A DNA stretch of 64,000 bases, taken from Tubulanus polymorphus. Its lineage: Eukaryota; Animalia; Nemertea. The notes below the pieces were generated by a model. It saw only the letters and a list, made by a program, of their open reading frames with translations. It was not told the origin of the DNA and made no database searches. Numbering within the stretch: position 1 is the stretch's first letter; every line of letters starts with the position of its first letter. Of the stretch, positions 38,801 to 51,934 are shown piece after piece. The stretch spans positions 16,898,150 through 16,962,149 of the forward strand of contig NC_134026.1 in assembly GCF_964204645.1 (NCBI RefSeq). The letters are read 5' to 3'. Both the position numbers and the translations under genes were made by a program.

Positions 38801-41690
38801 TTCATTATTACGGTTTTATCGCCAGCGACAATTCATTATTTTGGTTTTGTCGCCAGCAACAATTCACCATTTTGGTTTTGTCGCCCGCGACAATTCACCA
38901 TTTTGGTTTTATCACTTGCGACAATTCATTATTTTGGTTTTATCACCCGCGACAATTCATTATTTTGGTTTTGTCGCCCCGACAATTCTTTTTTTGGTTT
39001 TGTTGCCCGCGACAATTCATTAGTATGGTTTTGTCGCCCGCGACAATTCATTACTTTGGTTTTATCGCCCGCGATAATTCATTATTTTGGTTTTATCGCC
39101 CGCGACAATTCATCATTTTGGTTTTGTCGCCCGAGACAATTCATCATTTTGGTTTTATCGCCCGCGACAATTCATTATTTTGGTTTTGTCGCCCGCGACA
39201 ATTCACCATTTTGGTTTTGTCGCCTGGACAATTCACCATTTTGGTTTTGTCGCCTACGACAATTCATTATTTTGGTTTTGACGCCCCCACAATTCTTTTT
39301 TTGGTTTTGTCGCCCGCGACAATTCATTAGTTTGGTTTTGTCGCCCGCGACAATTCAATATTTTGGTTTTGTCGCCCGCGACAATTCACCATTTTGGTTT
39401 TGTCGCCCGCGACAATTCACCATTTTGGTTTTGTCGCATGCGACAATTCACCATTTTGGTTTTGTCACCCGCGACAATTCATTATTTTGGTTTTATCTCC
39501 CGCGACAATTCATTATTTTGGTTTTATCACCCGCGACAATTCATTATATTGGTTTTGTCGCCCCGACAATTCTTTTTTTGGTTTTGTTGCCCGCGACAAT
39601 TCATTAGTATGGTTTTGTCGCCCGCGACAATTCATTACTTTGGTTTTATCTCCAGCGACAATTCATTATTTTGGTTTCGTCGCCCGCGACAATTCATTAT
39701 TTTGGTTTTATCGCCCGCGATAATTCATTATTTTGGTTTTATCGCCCGCGACAATTCATCATTTTGGTTTTGTCGCCCGAGACAATTCATCATTTTGGTT
39801 TTATCGCCCGCGACAATTCATTATTTTGGTTTTGTCGCCCGCGACAATTCACCATTTTGGTTTTGTCGCCTGGAAAATTCACCATTTTGGTTTTGTCGCC
39901 TACGACAATTCATTATTTTGGTTTTGACGCCCCCACAATTCTTTTTTTGGTTTTGTCGCCCGCGACAATTCATTAGTTTGGTTTTGTCGCCCGCGACAAT
40001 TCAATATTTTGGTTTTGTCGCCCGCGACAATTCACCATTTTGGTTTTGTCGCATGCGACAATTCACCATTTTGGTTTTGTCACCCGCGACAATTCATTAT
40101 TTTGGTTTTATCTCCCGCGACAATTCATTATTTTGGTTTTATCGCCCGCGACAATTCATTATTTTGGTTTTGTCGCCCCGACAATTCTTTTTTTGGTTTT
40201 GTCGCCTGCGACAATTCATTAGTTTGGTTTTGTCGCCCGCGACAATTCAATATTTTGGTTTTGTCGCCCGCGACAATTCAATATGTTGGTTTTGTCGCCT
40301 GCGACAATTCATTACTTTGGTTTTATCTCCAGCGACAATTCATTATTTTGGTTTTGTCGCCCGCGACAATTCTTCTTTTTGGTTTTGTCGCCCGCGACAA
40401 TTCATTATTTTGGTTTTATATTTTGTTTTAGTCGCCCGCGACAATTTTTTTTTTGGTTTTGTCACCCGCGACAATTCAATATTTTGGTTTTGTCGCCCGT
40501 GACAATTCATTATTTTGGTTTAATCGCCCGCGACAATTCAATATTTTGGTTTTATCGCCCGCGATAATTCATTATTTTGGTTTTATCGCCCGCGTATCGT
40601 ATATGGCGACTGAGTTTGAAGTCATCATGAATATGTCGAATCGTTGCGAGGAAAATGGTTGAGAAAACGAAATATGTCGTCAAAACGTCACAAAATGTTG
40701 TCATATTCATGTCGACTTGAAGCGATATAATGGGATATGTCGACATAAATATGGGGACTTTGTCGAGTTGGAACGCGACAACTCGAGGCCCTTTATCGCT
40801 TCCGTATATATGGGACCCGTACAAAACCGTCGCAACCTTTTATCACGACGAAATTATGTCGAACAAACGTGATATATCGCGATTTATCGACATAATTAAG
40901 TCGATATATCGTGTTAATATCACGATAAATCGTTATACGGATCACGCCTTTCACCAATGTCGACGTCTGTATCTCAACATGACCACGTACCGTCGACATA
41001 ATTATCATTCCTTTAGCTAAAATGTCGTGATACGTATGGCAATTTATTGAGACAATATCGCAAAAAGTCGACATAAAAATCACGACATTTTAAATAAGGT
41101 CTTCCTAGTTACATCGATATATTGAGATAGTTAACCTAATTTCAATAAGGGGACGCATACTTAATGATGTTTAATGTTAGATGAATATGAAAGAAGAAAT
41201 GAAGTTGGCAGAAAAATTAAAATGACTTTATCATCACCAGAATCTGGTGGACATATTGAATGTTGGGGTTCAAGTAGAATGACCCCAAATGCTGGGGCAC
41301 AATAATAGTGTTCGGTACATGGTCGATGAACTAAATAGGTCATTCGCATCAATACTTTGTCACAATTGATTTGCGGTATATTTTGGATTACTGTGTATGT
41401 CATTTGTCAGGACATTAAACAGTAGACGACTTAGGATACTACCTAGCGTGACTCCACTAGTTAGACCGACTTATTCCAAGATGAGGCGTTCCTTTGATTT
41501 TGGCTATAAGTTTTCGTTCAGAGATAACTGCTGAGCCATTTGGGCGACCTATCATTGATACTGTTTCCTAATAGCCTGTTTAGTTAGTAATGGCTGATGT
41601 TGTGCCTTATCAAATGCTTTGTCGAAATCCACCGATGAACAGGATTCTAAGACAGCAGAAAACCCATTATCGCTGCTTTGCAGCTATATT
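35863..41690 (+). mobile_element. Two tandem Helentron/HINE-like elements, family 2 (~35863-37256 and ~37256-41690)
   Basis: Head hairpin TTAGGG(T/C)TTTCTG..CAGAAAACCCTATTG at ~35863, 35917, 37255 and 37305. Tail CAGAAA(A)CCC.TTATCGCTGC(T)TTGCAGCTATATTT at ~37223 and ~41656. Confidence 0.6.
38389..40594. repeat. 31-bp tandem satellite (~70 units), each unit with a 16-bp palindrome
   Basis: Unit GCGACAATTCATTATTTTGGTTTTGTCGCCC; stem TTGTCGC-cc-GCGACAA; higher-order duplication at offset 646. Confidence 0.95.
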
Positions 41691-41844
41691 TGTAATTAGA
41701 TATTTCTTTATGAAATCAAATTTCGTGCCATTTCTGTGTGCTAATCAAGTAGCTATGAAAGAAGTGAATCTACGGTTTCTTATCAGAATATCGTTAAGTC
41801 AATATCTAATGTTTGAAAATAGAGATGTAAATTAGGTCAAAAAG

Positions 41845-41877
<33 letters not shown>

Positions 41878-42933
41878 TAACTTTATTTTCCCTCGATTAC
41901 AACACGATTATATACATACAAAGTTATATAAAAGAATACAAGGGTACTGTTGGACGGACGAACGGACGGACGAAAAGTGAACACAATAGCCCTGCAGAAT
42001 GTCACATGACTAACCACAAAATAAAAAGTAAAATCTAACTTGAAGTGTCTCAGCAGTGAAAAATGGCTCAAAATTATGGTATAAATTAGAACTAAAATTG
42101 TAGAAATATTCCCAAAAAATAACTCAAATGACTTAACTCGAAAATTAAATGAAAAGATCAAATAATTCCAATTCACTGCGGATCACTCAAGTTTACCCCC
42201 GTACAGCCCACGTAAAGTTTGAATTTTCTAGGAAAGTATCAAATGACAAGATGGATCACCGAGTCCTGCAAGTATTTCCTTTTCAGTGAAAGGATAGTTC
42301 ACCGGAACTTCAGAGCAAACTGCGGTTGCATACCTGCTCTAAGACATCCTGACTGTGTGACCCATAGATAATAATAAAAATATTAACTACTGGTTACAGA
42401 TAGGCCTATATTAGCATAATAATATAATGAAGTTGTTGTGAGACACCGTTGTCATAATATGTAGATAAAATGTATATAAGCTAACCCATTAGCACTCAGG
42501 GATTTCACGAATAAAAATAGCTATGCAGTGTCAATTACTCCTCAGAAACTACAAGGGAAAACCATCCCGATACCGAATAGCTCAAATAGTTCATGTTATT
42601 TTGTAGTCAGTAGTCAAGACTTTCATATGATATAAGATTTTGATGAGGTGGGCCACCAAAATCATGTCCTTTTGGCCCCCCAAAATTCATCCAAACTTAC
42701 TTGGATTTGAAGTGAGCGCTCAGATCTGACATGTTCATACTCTAAATACTCTAGAAATTGAAATAGGAGGATGTTGATTTCTGTAAGGTATTTCGAGGAC
42801 CTGGGTATCTAGTCTATCATAAGCAATTGGGTTCGAAACCCACCATAACTGCTTTTTTGCAGCATATGAAAAAAGTGACGGGGTGGATTCGGGCGACAGA
42901 GGAGTAATAGGCAGGGCGGCTTGAGTGCTAATG

Positions 42934-43134
42934 GGGTGTTACTAAATCTATGCACTACTAAAACGAAGACTGAAGACATAGCACTTTGCGAGACTAAAAC
43001 TATGCATGACTAAAACGAAGACCGAAGACCTAAAAACATTTAATTGGTCTTCGTTTTAGTCATGCATAGTTTTAGTCTCGCAAAGTGCATAGGTCTTCAG
43101 TCTTCGTTTTAGTAGTGCATAGATAGTAACACCC
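42934..43134. mobile_element. Foldback MULE-type MITE
   Basis: Almost fully palindromic (GGGTGTTACTA...TAGTAACACCC, ~85-bp arms). 10-bp TSD AGTGCTAATG/AGTACTAATG. Confidence 0.82.
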
Positions 43135-43239
43135 AGTACTAATGGGTTGAATAGATATTGAGCGGTGGTCAGTCTTTAGAATTCTGCCATGTAGGTAGGA
43201 TATTCTGTAATTTGGAATAAAGTTTCCTGTACTTATGCA

Positions 43240-44515
43240 AACTAGGGATCCAGGGACACCATGCCCACTTGGGAAGTGGTTTCAAATGCTCAACAATCTA
43301 GGCTAACAGTTTCAATATTCAACACCCCCTGGTGACCATATACAAAAACAAATGGCTGTGAAACTCACCATAATCATAGAACATGTCAACAGCTACGATT
43401 TTGTAATTGATTGTGATAACAAAATATACCTAGGTACCAATATAGAAAAACCGTATTTTCCGTGTACAAGTCTACCCGGTGTATAAGTCGAGGTAAAATT
43501 TTCAGTTTAAAAAGTTGTACTAAGGCTATAGTGGGAGTAAGTCGAGTCCCTTCTTCACGTGTTTACATAAGTCACTTTTGAAAACAGTGCTATGGTCATT
43601 CTCATAGTAGTTGACAGTCTTTACCACTGTTAGCAGTTAGCAATTAATCATTGGGATCTGTTGTTTCTGAGAGCAAATTACCGGATTAGTGCTCATTGAC
43701 GGTGAAAGGATGACACTTCCCCCCACCATGTTGAATGTATTGTGTATACATTGCCATGCACCTGTAGTCTAGCATTAGACTGCTGCACACGTATTGATTA
43801 TTGGCACGTGGCTCATATAAAATGCTGTACAATGATACACGCACATCTCATTTGATTTTTGACATCAGTAAATTTTGAACCATTTCCAAACTACAAGAAA
43901 TTATTTTATCAGCAGTCTAAATTCTAATTGGTATACGAGTGTAGCCTAACATAAATATATATTCCATGTCATGATGGCAACCTTGAAGTCTTAAACATCG
44001 TCAGTTTAAACGATATTGAAAGTGTATTCGGTTTATAAGACGACCTACGTTTTTTGGACATGATGTTCGGTCTCAAAAACTAGACTTATACACTGGAAAA
44101 TACGGTACTAAGTTACCATACTATTCAACACCCCTGGTGACCATATGCAAAACCCAATGACCTTGAAACTCAACACAATCATAGAACATGTTATGAGCTA
44201 CAACTTTGCAATTGATCATGGTAGCAAATATGCCTAGGTATCAATATAATAAGGAAATAGGAAGGAAAAGCGAAGTTATTCTAATATTCAACGCCCCCTG
44301 GTGGCCATGTACAAAAACTAATGACCTTGAAACTCACCACAATCATAAAACATGGTATCAGCTACAACTTTCCAATGGATAGTGGAAACAAAATATAATT
44401 AGGTATCAATATAATGTGGAAATAACTTTCTTCCACCTACGAATGAGTACTGACGACACCAAGATGGCCGCCAATGGCGTGATAATTGGCTGATCAAAAA
44501 TACCTGTCTCAGGTA
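43240..44515 (-). mobile_element. HINE family 1 copy (truncated), interrupted by a Tc/mariner MITE
   Basis: Same terminus and 154-bp monomers as 33365-34650. Confidence 0.78.
43451..44105. mobile_element. Tc1/mariner MITE, same family as 10773-11343 (inverted)
   Basis: CCGTATTTTCC ... GGAAAATACGG|TA. The internal sequence matches the reverse complement of the first copy. Confidence 0.85.
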
Positions 44516-45604
44516 TTAACTCATTCACTCCGGAATACCCAATTTCAAAATTGCGCGCAGCAGATAGAATTTCCACCATTTTGGTTAACAGGGGATTCCC
44601 CTCTGGTACTTCCCATGATCAATAGTGTCTGATTGGTTAAAATCACGTGTAGTTTGAATGTAGGCAGTGTTTACATTTGTGACGTCATGAAAGCCGCTCT
44701 GAGCGGCTTTCTGTACGCAACGGAAAATTTTGAAAATATGGTACCATTTAAAGGCTTTTAGAGGGCTTCTAGAGACTAGCAGAGCAATCCAGAATAAACG
44801 AAACCAAGACAAGATTTCAACAGATGCGGATAAAAAATGAAGCTGACGAACCCATGAAAGAATGGTTGTCGCCAACTTCAAGATCAACAATGAATTTCAC
44901 AGAAGGCACCCATGAAAAACACTGGCATTGTTTTTTATATTTTCCCTAGTGCCCCTATAATCTTTAAAAGTGCCCCTTCACAATTACACAGAATACGGCT
45001 AAGTGCCCCTTCATTTTTAACAATCGGCAAAAATTGCCTCGTCTTCACATTTATCCGTATGTCGTGTGCCGTATTCCAAACCAAAAGTCCCCCCAAAATT
45101 TTAAAAATTAGGCAAAAAAGTGCCTTTTTCTTCAGCATTCACCGCGAATTAAGGCCTGAGCGTGCCCCTTGAAAAGGCAAAGTGCCCTTTTCTTCAACAT
45201 TCTCCGCGTATAGTGCCCTCTTCTAAAGAGTGCCCCTTTTGCCCCCCCTGAAAAGGCAAGGACAAGGTGCCCTCGTCTAAAGCATGAGTGCCCCTTGAAA
45301 ACGGAAAGTGCCCTTTCTAATTTATCATGATTAACGGCCTAATATCAAATATGATTATCTCTCCTCACTTTCTCAGCAGCAGTATATACCGATTAATTTT
45401 ATAATTATGCCCGGATTCCAGACACGAAATTAGCGGTTACTGAAATAATGCCGTCAAAAATATTGCCGGTGAAATTTCGAAGGGCACTTAGAAATTATAG
45501 ACCGTATTGGGCAATACGGCTAATACAGTCTGGATCCGCCCGTGGCAGCTACGATTTTGTAATTGATTGTGATAACAAAATATGCCTCATTACCAATTTA
45601 ATAA

Positions 45605-48600
45605 AACTAGGGGTCCAGGGACACCATGCCCACTTGGGAAGTGGTTTCAAATGCTCAACAATCTAACAATTTCAATATTCAACGCCCCCTGGCAACCATA
45701 TACAAAAACCAATGACCTTGAAACTCACCACAATCATAGAACATGTCAGCAGCTACGATTTTGTAATTGATTGTGATAACAAAATATGCCTCGTTACCAA
45801 TTTGATATGGAAATACTAAGTTATTCTACTATTCAACGCCCCCTGGTGACCATATTCAAAACCTAATGACCTTGAAACTCACCACAATCATAGAACATGT
45901 CATGAACTACAACTTTGCAATTGATCGTGGTAACAAAATATGCCTAGGTACCAATATAATAAGAAAATACTAAGTTATTCTACTATTCAACGCCCCCTGG
46001 TGGCCATATACAAAAACCAATGACCTTGAAACTCACCACAATCATAGAACATGTTATGAGCTACAACTTTCTAAATGATTGTGGTAACAAAATACGCTTA
46101 GGTATCAATATAATGTGGAAAAACTTTTTCCCACTTACGAATGAGTACTGCCGACACAAAGATGGCCGCCAATTGCATCATAATTGGCTGATGAAAAATA
46201 CCTGTCTCAGGTATAAAACATCCCTTTCCAAAGAATACCCATCACAAATTGCAATGAGAAATGATAGACCAGTAGGAAGCAACAGGACTCAGAATTTGGG
46301 CCAAAATTAACATTTTTGGGCACTAAAAAGGTCATAGGACGGCCATCTTGAGTCCGATCGACCCAATTTTTGTTTTGCTGATGGGCCCTGGGGGAATTCA
46401 CATATACCCGAAAGATCAAGGTAATTGATCAAAGCGTTTCCCTCAAAAAGTTCAAAAATGTGTAAAAAGTGTTGATTTTGGCGAACAACAATGGCTGCCA
46501 GTCGGCCATCTTGAATCTGACAGGGCCAGTTTTTGGGCTGAAGATGTGTCTAGGGTAGATACATGTGTAACCCAAATATCAAGACATTACCTTGAAGCGC
46601 CTTCAAAACTTCCCAAAATAACTGGATTCCGTCTACGGACGGACGGACGGACGACCGACGAAAAGTGAACGCAATAGCCCGCTGGGACTAAAGTCCCAAG
46701 TGGGCTAAAAATAGTAAGTTACTCTACTATTCGATGCCCCCTGGTGACCATAGGCAAAACCTAATGACCTTGAAACTCACCACAATCATAGCACATGTCA
46801 TGAACTACAACTTTGCAATTGATCATGGTAACAAAATATGCCTAGGTACCAATCTAATAAGGAAATACTAAGTTATTCTACTATTCAACGCCCCCTGGTG
46901 ACCATATAGAATACTAATGTCCTTAAAACTCACCAAAATCATATGAAGATGTCATGAGCTACAACTTTGCAATTGATTGTGGTAACAAATAGGCTATGCA
47001 TAGGTAAAAATATAATATAGAAATGCTAAGTTATTGTATAATTCAACACCCCCTGGTGGCCTTATACAAGAACCAATGACCTCGAAACTCACGAAAATCA
47101 TAGAACACATCATGTGCTACAACTTTCCAATTGATTATAGTAACACAATATGCTTAGGTATCAATTGAATGTGGAAAAGCTTTTTCCCACCTACGAATGA
47201 GTACTGATGACACCAAGATGGCCGCCAATGGCGTCATAATTGGCCGATCAAAAATGGGCCCACCTGTCTCAGGTATAAAACATTCCTTTCCAAAGAATAC
47301 CCATCACAAATTGCAATGAGAAATGGCAAACCAGTAGGAAGCTACAGGACCCAGAATTCCGGCCAAAATTGACATTTTTGGGTAGTAAAAAGGTCATAGG
47401 ACGGCCATCTTTAGTCCGATCGACCAAGTTTTTGTCATGCTGATGGTAGGTCACTTGGTAGATTCACAAAGGCCTATATACAAAAGATCAAGGTAATTGA
47501 TCAAAGCGTCTTCAAAGTTTCACTCAAAAACTTCAACTAGGGGTCCAGGGACAACATGCCCACTTGGGAAGTGGTTTCCAATGCTCAACAATCTCACAAT
47601 TTCAATATTCAACGCCTCCTGGTGACCATATACAAAAACCAATGACCTTGAAACTCACTACAATCATAGAACTTGTCAGCAGCTACGATTTTGTAATTGA
47701 TTGTGATAAAAAAATATGCCTCGTTACCAATTTAATAGGGAAATACTAAGTAATTCTACTATTCAATGCCCCCTGGTGACCATATGCAAAACCCAATGAC
47801 CTTGAGACTCACCACAATATTAGAACATGTCATAAACTACAACTTTGCAATTGATCATGGTAACAAAATATGCCTAGGTACCAATCTAATAAGGAAATAC
47901 TGAGTTATTCTACTATTCAACACCCCCTGGTGACCATATAGAATAACTAATGTCCTTAAAACTCACCACAATCATAGAGAATGTCATGAGCTACAACTTT
48001 GCTATTGATTGTGGTAACAAAATCTGCTAAGGTATCAATATAATGTGGAAAAACTTTTTCCAACCTACGAATGAATACTGATGATACTAAGATGGCCGCC
48101 AATTGCGTCATAATTGGCCGATCAAAAATACCTGGCTCAGATATAAAACATCCCTTCCTTCAGAATACCTTTCAGAAATTGCAATGAGAAATGGCAAACC
48201 AGTAGGAAGCTACAGGACTCAGAATTTGGGCCAAAATTGACATTTTTGGGCACTAAAAAGGTCATAGGACGGCCATCTTGAGTCCCATCGACCCAATTTT
48301 TCTTATGGTGATGGGTCCTTGGGAGATTCAAATATATACGAAAGATCATGGTAATTGATTTAAGCGTCTTCAAAATTTCCCTCAAAAAGTTCAAAAACTG
48401 TAAAAAGTGCTGATTTTGACGAACAACAATGGCTGCCAGTCGGCCATCTTGATTCTGACAGGGCCAGTTTTTAGGCTGAAGATGTGTCTGGGGTAGATAC
48501 ATGAATAAACCAAATATCAAGACATTAGGCCTTGAAGCGTCTTCAAAACTTCCCAAAATAACTGGATTCCATCTACGGACGCCGGACGAACGAACGAAAA

Positions 48601-48908
48601 GTGAACGCAATAGCCCGCTGGAACTAAAGTCCCAAGTGGGCTAAAAAGGTGTAAAAAGTGCTGATTTTGGCGAACAACAATGGCTGCCAGTCGGCCATCT
48701 TGATTCTGACAGGGCCAGTTTTTGGGCTGAAGACGTGTCTAGGGTAGATACAGGTATAAACATCAAATCAATAAATATCAAGACATTACATTGAAGCTTC
48801 TTCAAAATTTCCCAAAATAACTGGATTCCGTCTACGGATGGACAGACAGACAATGGACAAAAAGTGAACACAATAGCCCGCTGGGACTCAAGTCCAAGTG
48901 GCCTAAAA
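45605..48908 (-). mobile_element. Head-to-tail cluster of HINE family 1 (full copies 45605-46710 and 47535-48646; partial copies 46711-47534 and 48647-48908)
   Basis: Repeated termini AACTAGGGGTCCAGGGAC and GGGACTAAAGTCCCAAGTGGGCTAAAA, (GGAC)n tract and 154-bp monomers. Confidence 0.82.
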
Positions 48909-49053
48909 AGGGCCAAAAACCTAGTTTCTAGTGGCGATATCATAACATAAACCACTGTGCAAACTGAATTCCTCATGACATTCTGAGTATTACACAGTGA
49001 TCTGTGATAAGGTCTAACTGCAGTTTGGGTCACCTATCCACTGGGTGGCGCTA

Positions 49054-50146
49054 CAGGGGCGTAGCCACCTAAAATTCAACGGTGCGACAATCGGGAGCGC
49101 ACATCCAAACGAGCACCGACGGCGCGATATCTTGAATGGGGGTTTGGGAGAAAATTTTGAACATTAAAACATCTGAGATGCGTTCTGATGGCTATGAGAG
49201 CTCATATTTGAATAATTTTTCTGTAGATAATATAATGCCTCTAAGGTTATCTTTGGTCTATGGACTGATCCAGGTGCTTCACCATCCCAGAGCGGTTTCT
49301 GAGTCCTGCTGAACTGGAAGGGCAACTATATCATAGCACAAAACGGGGGACCTTGGGGCACTCCCCCTGAAAATTTTGATTTTTCAAGGCTCTGAGATGC
49401 AATCTTTAAGCATATTTGGGGCATAAAGTCTATCCCCCTTGAAGTTGATTATTTTCATTTAGATTCATTTAGACCATTTTCTATACTACTTCCAGAATAC
49501 TTGCCTGAAATAAACCATTGATGTTAGTACAAGAGCCTGTCAAAATCACGAACTAGAAAAATAGAAGGGCAAACCTGAGTACCCCTCGATACAAGTGGTA
49601 GGCTGGATCTGCCCTTGACCATTTATTGATGAATAGTAAACTAATGTTAGGCCTAGCTTTTATTGTACATCAATACCAGTACTCTCTCGATTTTCTCGGT
49701 TTCCATGTCTCGGCACTTAAGAATTCTTTTGTAAAATCCCTTATCATGGTCCATTTTTCATGAACAAATAACACCTACACAATCAGTGAAATATAGCCTA
49801 ACCAGGAGAATACTGGTTTGAGTCGCTCTAAAGTAATATGAAAAAAGTCTTCTGAATTCGGCAACTTTGATATTGTGAGATCAGGTGCATGGTCCAGATG
49901 TGATACCGTAAACACTATAAACAAAACCTGCTGGAGTCACTGGGTTGGATGTGGCCTCCACCGAAAATCTCAAGTGCAATACCAACGCCTCCGTATAAGC
50001 ACCACTGACATCTTCAAAAGAACTTGATACCCCCCCCCCCCCCCATGTAAATACAGAATAACGTTTATTATGACGTTTAAGCATAGGGTTTTTCAATTAT
50101 TGGTGCAACATATGTCGCAGTTGTCGCACCAGTGGCTACGCCCCTG
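49054..50146. mobile_element. hAT-like MITE with 5-bp TSD
   Basis: CGCTA|CAGGGGCGTAGCCAC ... GTGGCTACGCCCCTG|CGCTA. Confidence 0.78.
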
Positions 50147-50180
50147 CGCTAGTGTTATATAAGAATAGTGTTATGGTAAG

Positions 50181-51396
50181 CAGTCAGGAACACTTTCCAA
50201 AAACGGCTTATTCTGCCAATTTCGGCGTTTTCCGCCAATAACGGCAGAATCAGCCATTTATGGATTACTCAGTTTTAAACTGCTTCTGCCAATTTAGCCG
50301 AAATCGGCGTTTTCTGCCATTTTTGGCTAATTCTTAAATTCTTATACCTGTATTCTATGAAATAAATATATACATACATGTATCCCAAATTGTTTCGAAA
50401 ATGTTTGTTGTATTTTGAAATGAGTCTAGATACAGCTGTATCGATTTTGAGTTGTAACGTCATCGGCCACCAATTCATTCAATCACTATCCATCACAAGA
50501 ATCCATCAATTAGCTTGGAGGCATCGAAGATGTTAATTACCTTCAATTAACCAACATCATATGCAGTCCAATATATCCCTCAACCATTCTATGCTTTATT
50601 AGGCAAGATAAGACCATGGGCAAAACTTAAAACTAGATTTTTGATACACTAGTTTATACATCCATGATTGATTTGTCTTATGAGAATGATAATTATAATA
50701 ATAATAATTTTATTTTTATTTTTAACATATAATATTTACACATCCGTTCACCTCAGCAAATTAATTATTTTATTCCGAAAAAAGTACCGTGTAGACACTA
50801 GGGGAAACGTCTAAGTGGGTGGGGGAATCCTCATATATAACAAGTGGACTGCCAATAATGGCTTAATAGTTTATGATTATAAAACTAACTATGCCAAAAA
50901 CGGCGGAATACGCCAGAAATGGCGAATGTTTTTATGTGTACCCATGGCAACGTTTACTTGAAAACTTTATAATAGTTTTTAAAACTAGTTCTCAAATTTA
51001 TTTTTGACAAAAATCATGATTAATAAACTTGTTTCATAATGTAGTAGTTTTGAGAGTTTTCCCGGAGTTTTTGGGCTTCATATGACGTAATCATTTAGAA
51101 AAACGTAAATTTGACCACTTTACCTAGCTCAAAAATTTCCATCCTAGCGTCATATGAAAGCTTATCGTCTGCTCGAGATTATGACGTGATCGGCAACATG
51201 CGCTAATTGAATCGGAAGTGCGCAAAAAACTTTAAAGCAAAACTCGAAACTTAGTGAGCTGAAACTGGCTGATTAAGCCATAAACGACTGTGAAAGTTTC
51301 AAAACTGAGTGATCCATAAACGGCTGATTCTGCCGTAATTGGCGGAAAACGCCGAAATTGGCAGAATAAGCCGTTTTTGGAAAGTGTTCCTGACTG
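50181..51396. mobile_element. Non-autonomous DNA transposon with ~95-bp TIRs and 5-bp TSD (hAT5-like?)
   Basis: GTAAG|CAGTCAGGAACACTTTCCAAAAACGGC... ...GCCGTTTTTGGAAAGTGTTCCTGACTG|GTAAG. Confidence 0.88.
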
Positions 51397-51826
51397 GTAA
51401 GGTTAGGTACATAACCATAAGGGTCACCTAAACTGCAGTCACTCCAAGGACTGTCAAAATACTCCAAATCAAAAATAAATACATAGGCCTACTCAATATC
51501 TATATTTGATCTAGATTATTTTTTTGACTGGAAGCCTTGAGTCCTAGAGTGGAACACAACTATGCAGTGCGCGGTCCTTTTTTCATAGCCATTTCTGTTT
51601 TCTCTAGATGGAATCAATTCCTTTTTAGATTCATTTTTCATTTTCATCCCATGGCGATGAACTAAGTTAGAAGACCTGTTCCTCAAAAAAGATGAATAAA
51701 GTTTTAATTGAATTGAATTGACTGGTGACACTGTCACTAGTCAATAATACAAAAACTAGTGCTTGGGGCTTTTCTTGATGATTGGGTTCCACCTGCTAGA
51801 GACAAGCCTACAGGTGGATTTTATAC

Positions 51827-51934
51827 CGTATTATCATCGGCAACAGTCCACATTAAAGGCGTTTGGCATCGGGAAGAAATGCGCGTAATTTCCCGTATTT
51901 CATTTTGAAAACGCACAGCATCTATGGTCGCCAT
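51827..51934 (-). CDS. ATG10: ATG10 coding exon 1
   Basis: aaATGGCG start; MATIDAVRFQNEIREITRISSRCQTPLMWTVADDNT|gtataa. Phase 0 joins exon 2, and the F...S....W pattern fits the ATG10 N-terminus. Confidence 0.8.

Noticed and set aside
38389-40594. CRISPR array (31-bp palindromic repeats)
   Set aside because: The units abut with no unique spacers, there are no cas genes, and the context is a eukaryotic intron.
38388-40662. Many 60-383 aa ORFs as membrane proteins
   Set aside because: They are artefacts of a stop-poor 31-bp repeat; the same peptide appears in all three frames.
44516-45345. piggyBac-like end (TTAACTCATTCACTCC) and a GTGCCC-rich tract
   Set aside because: Probably TE-derived, but no partner terminus or TSD was found, so it could not be delimited.
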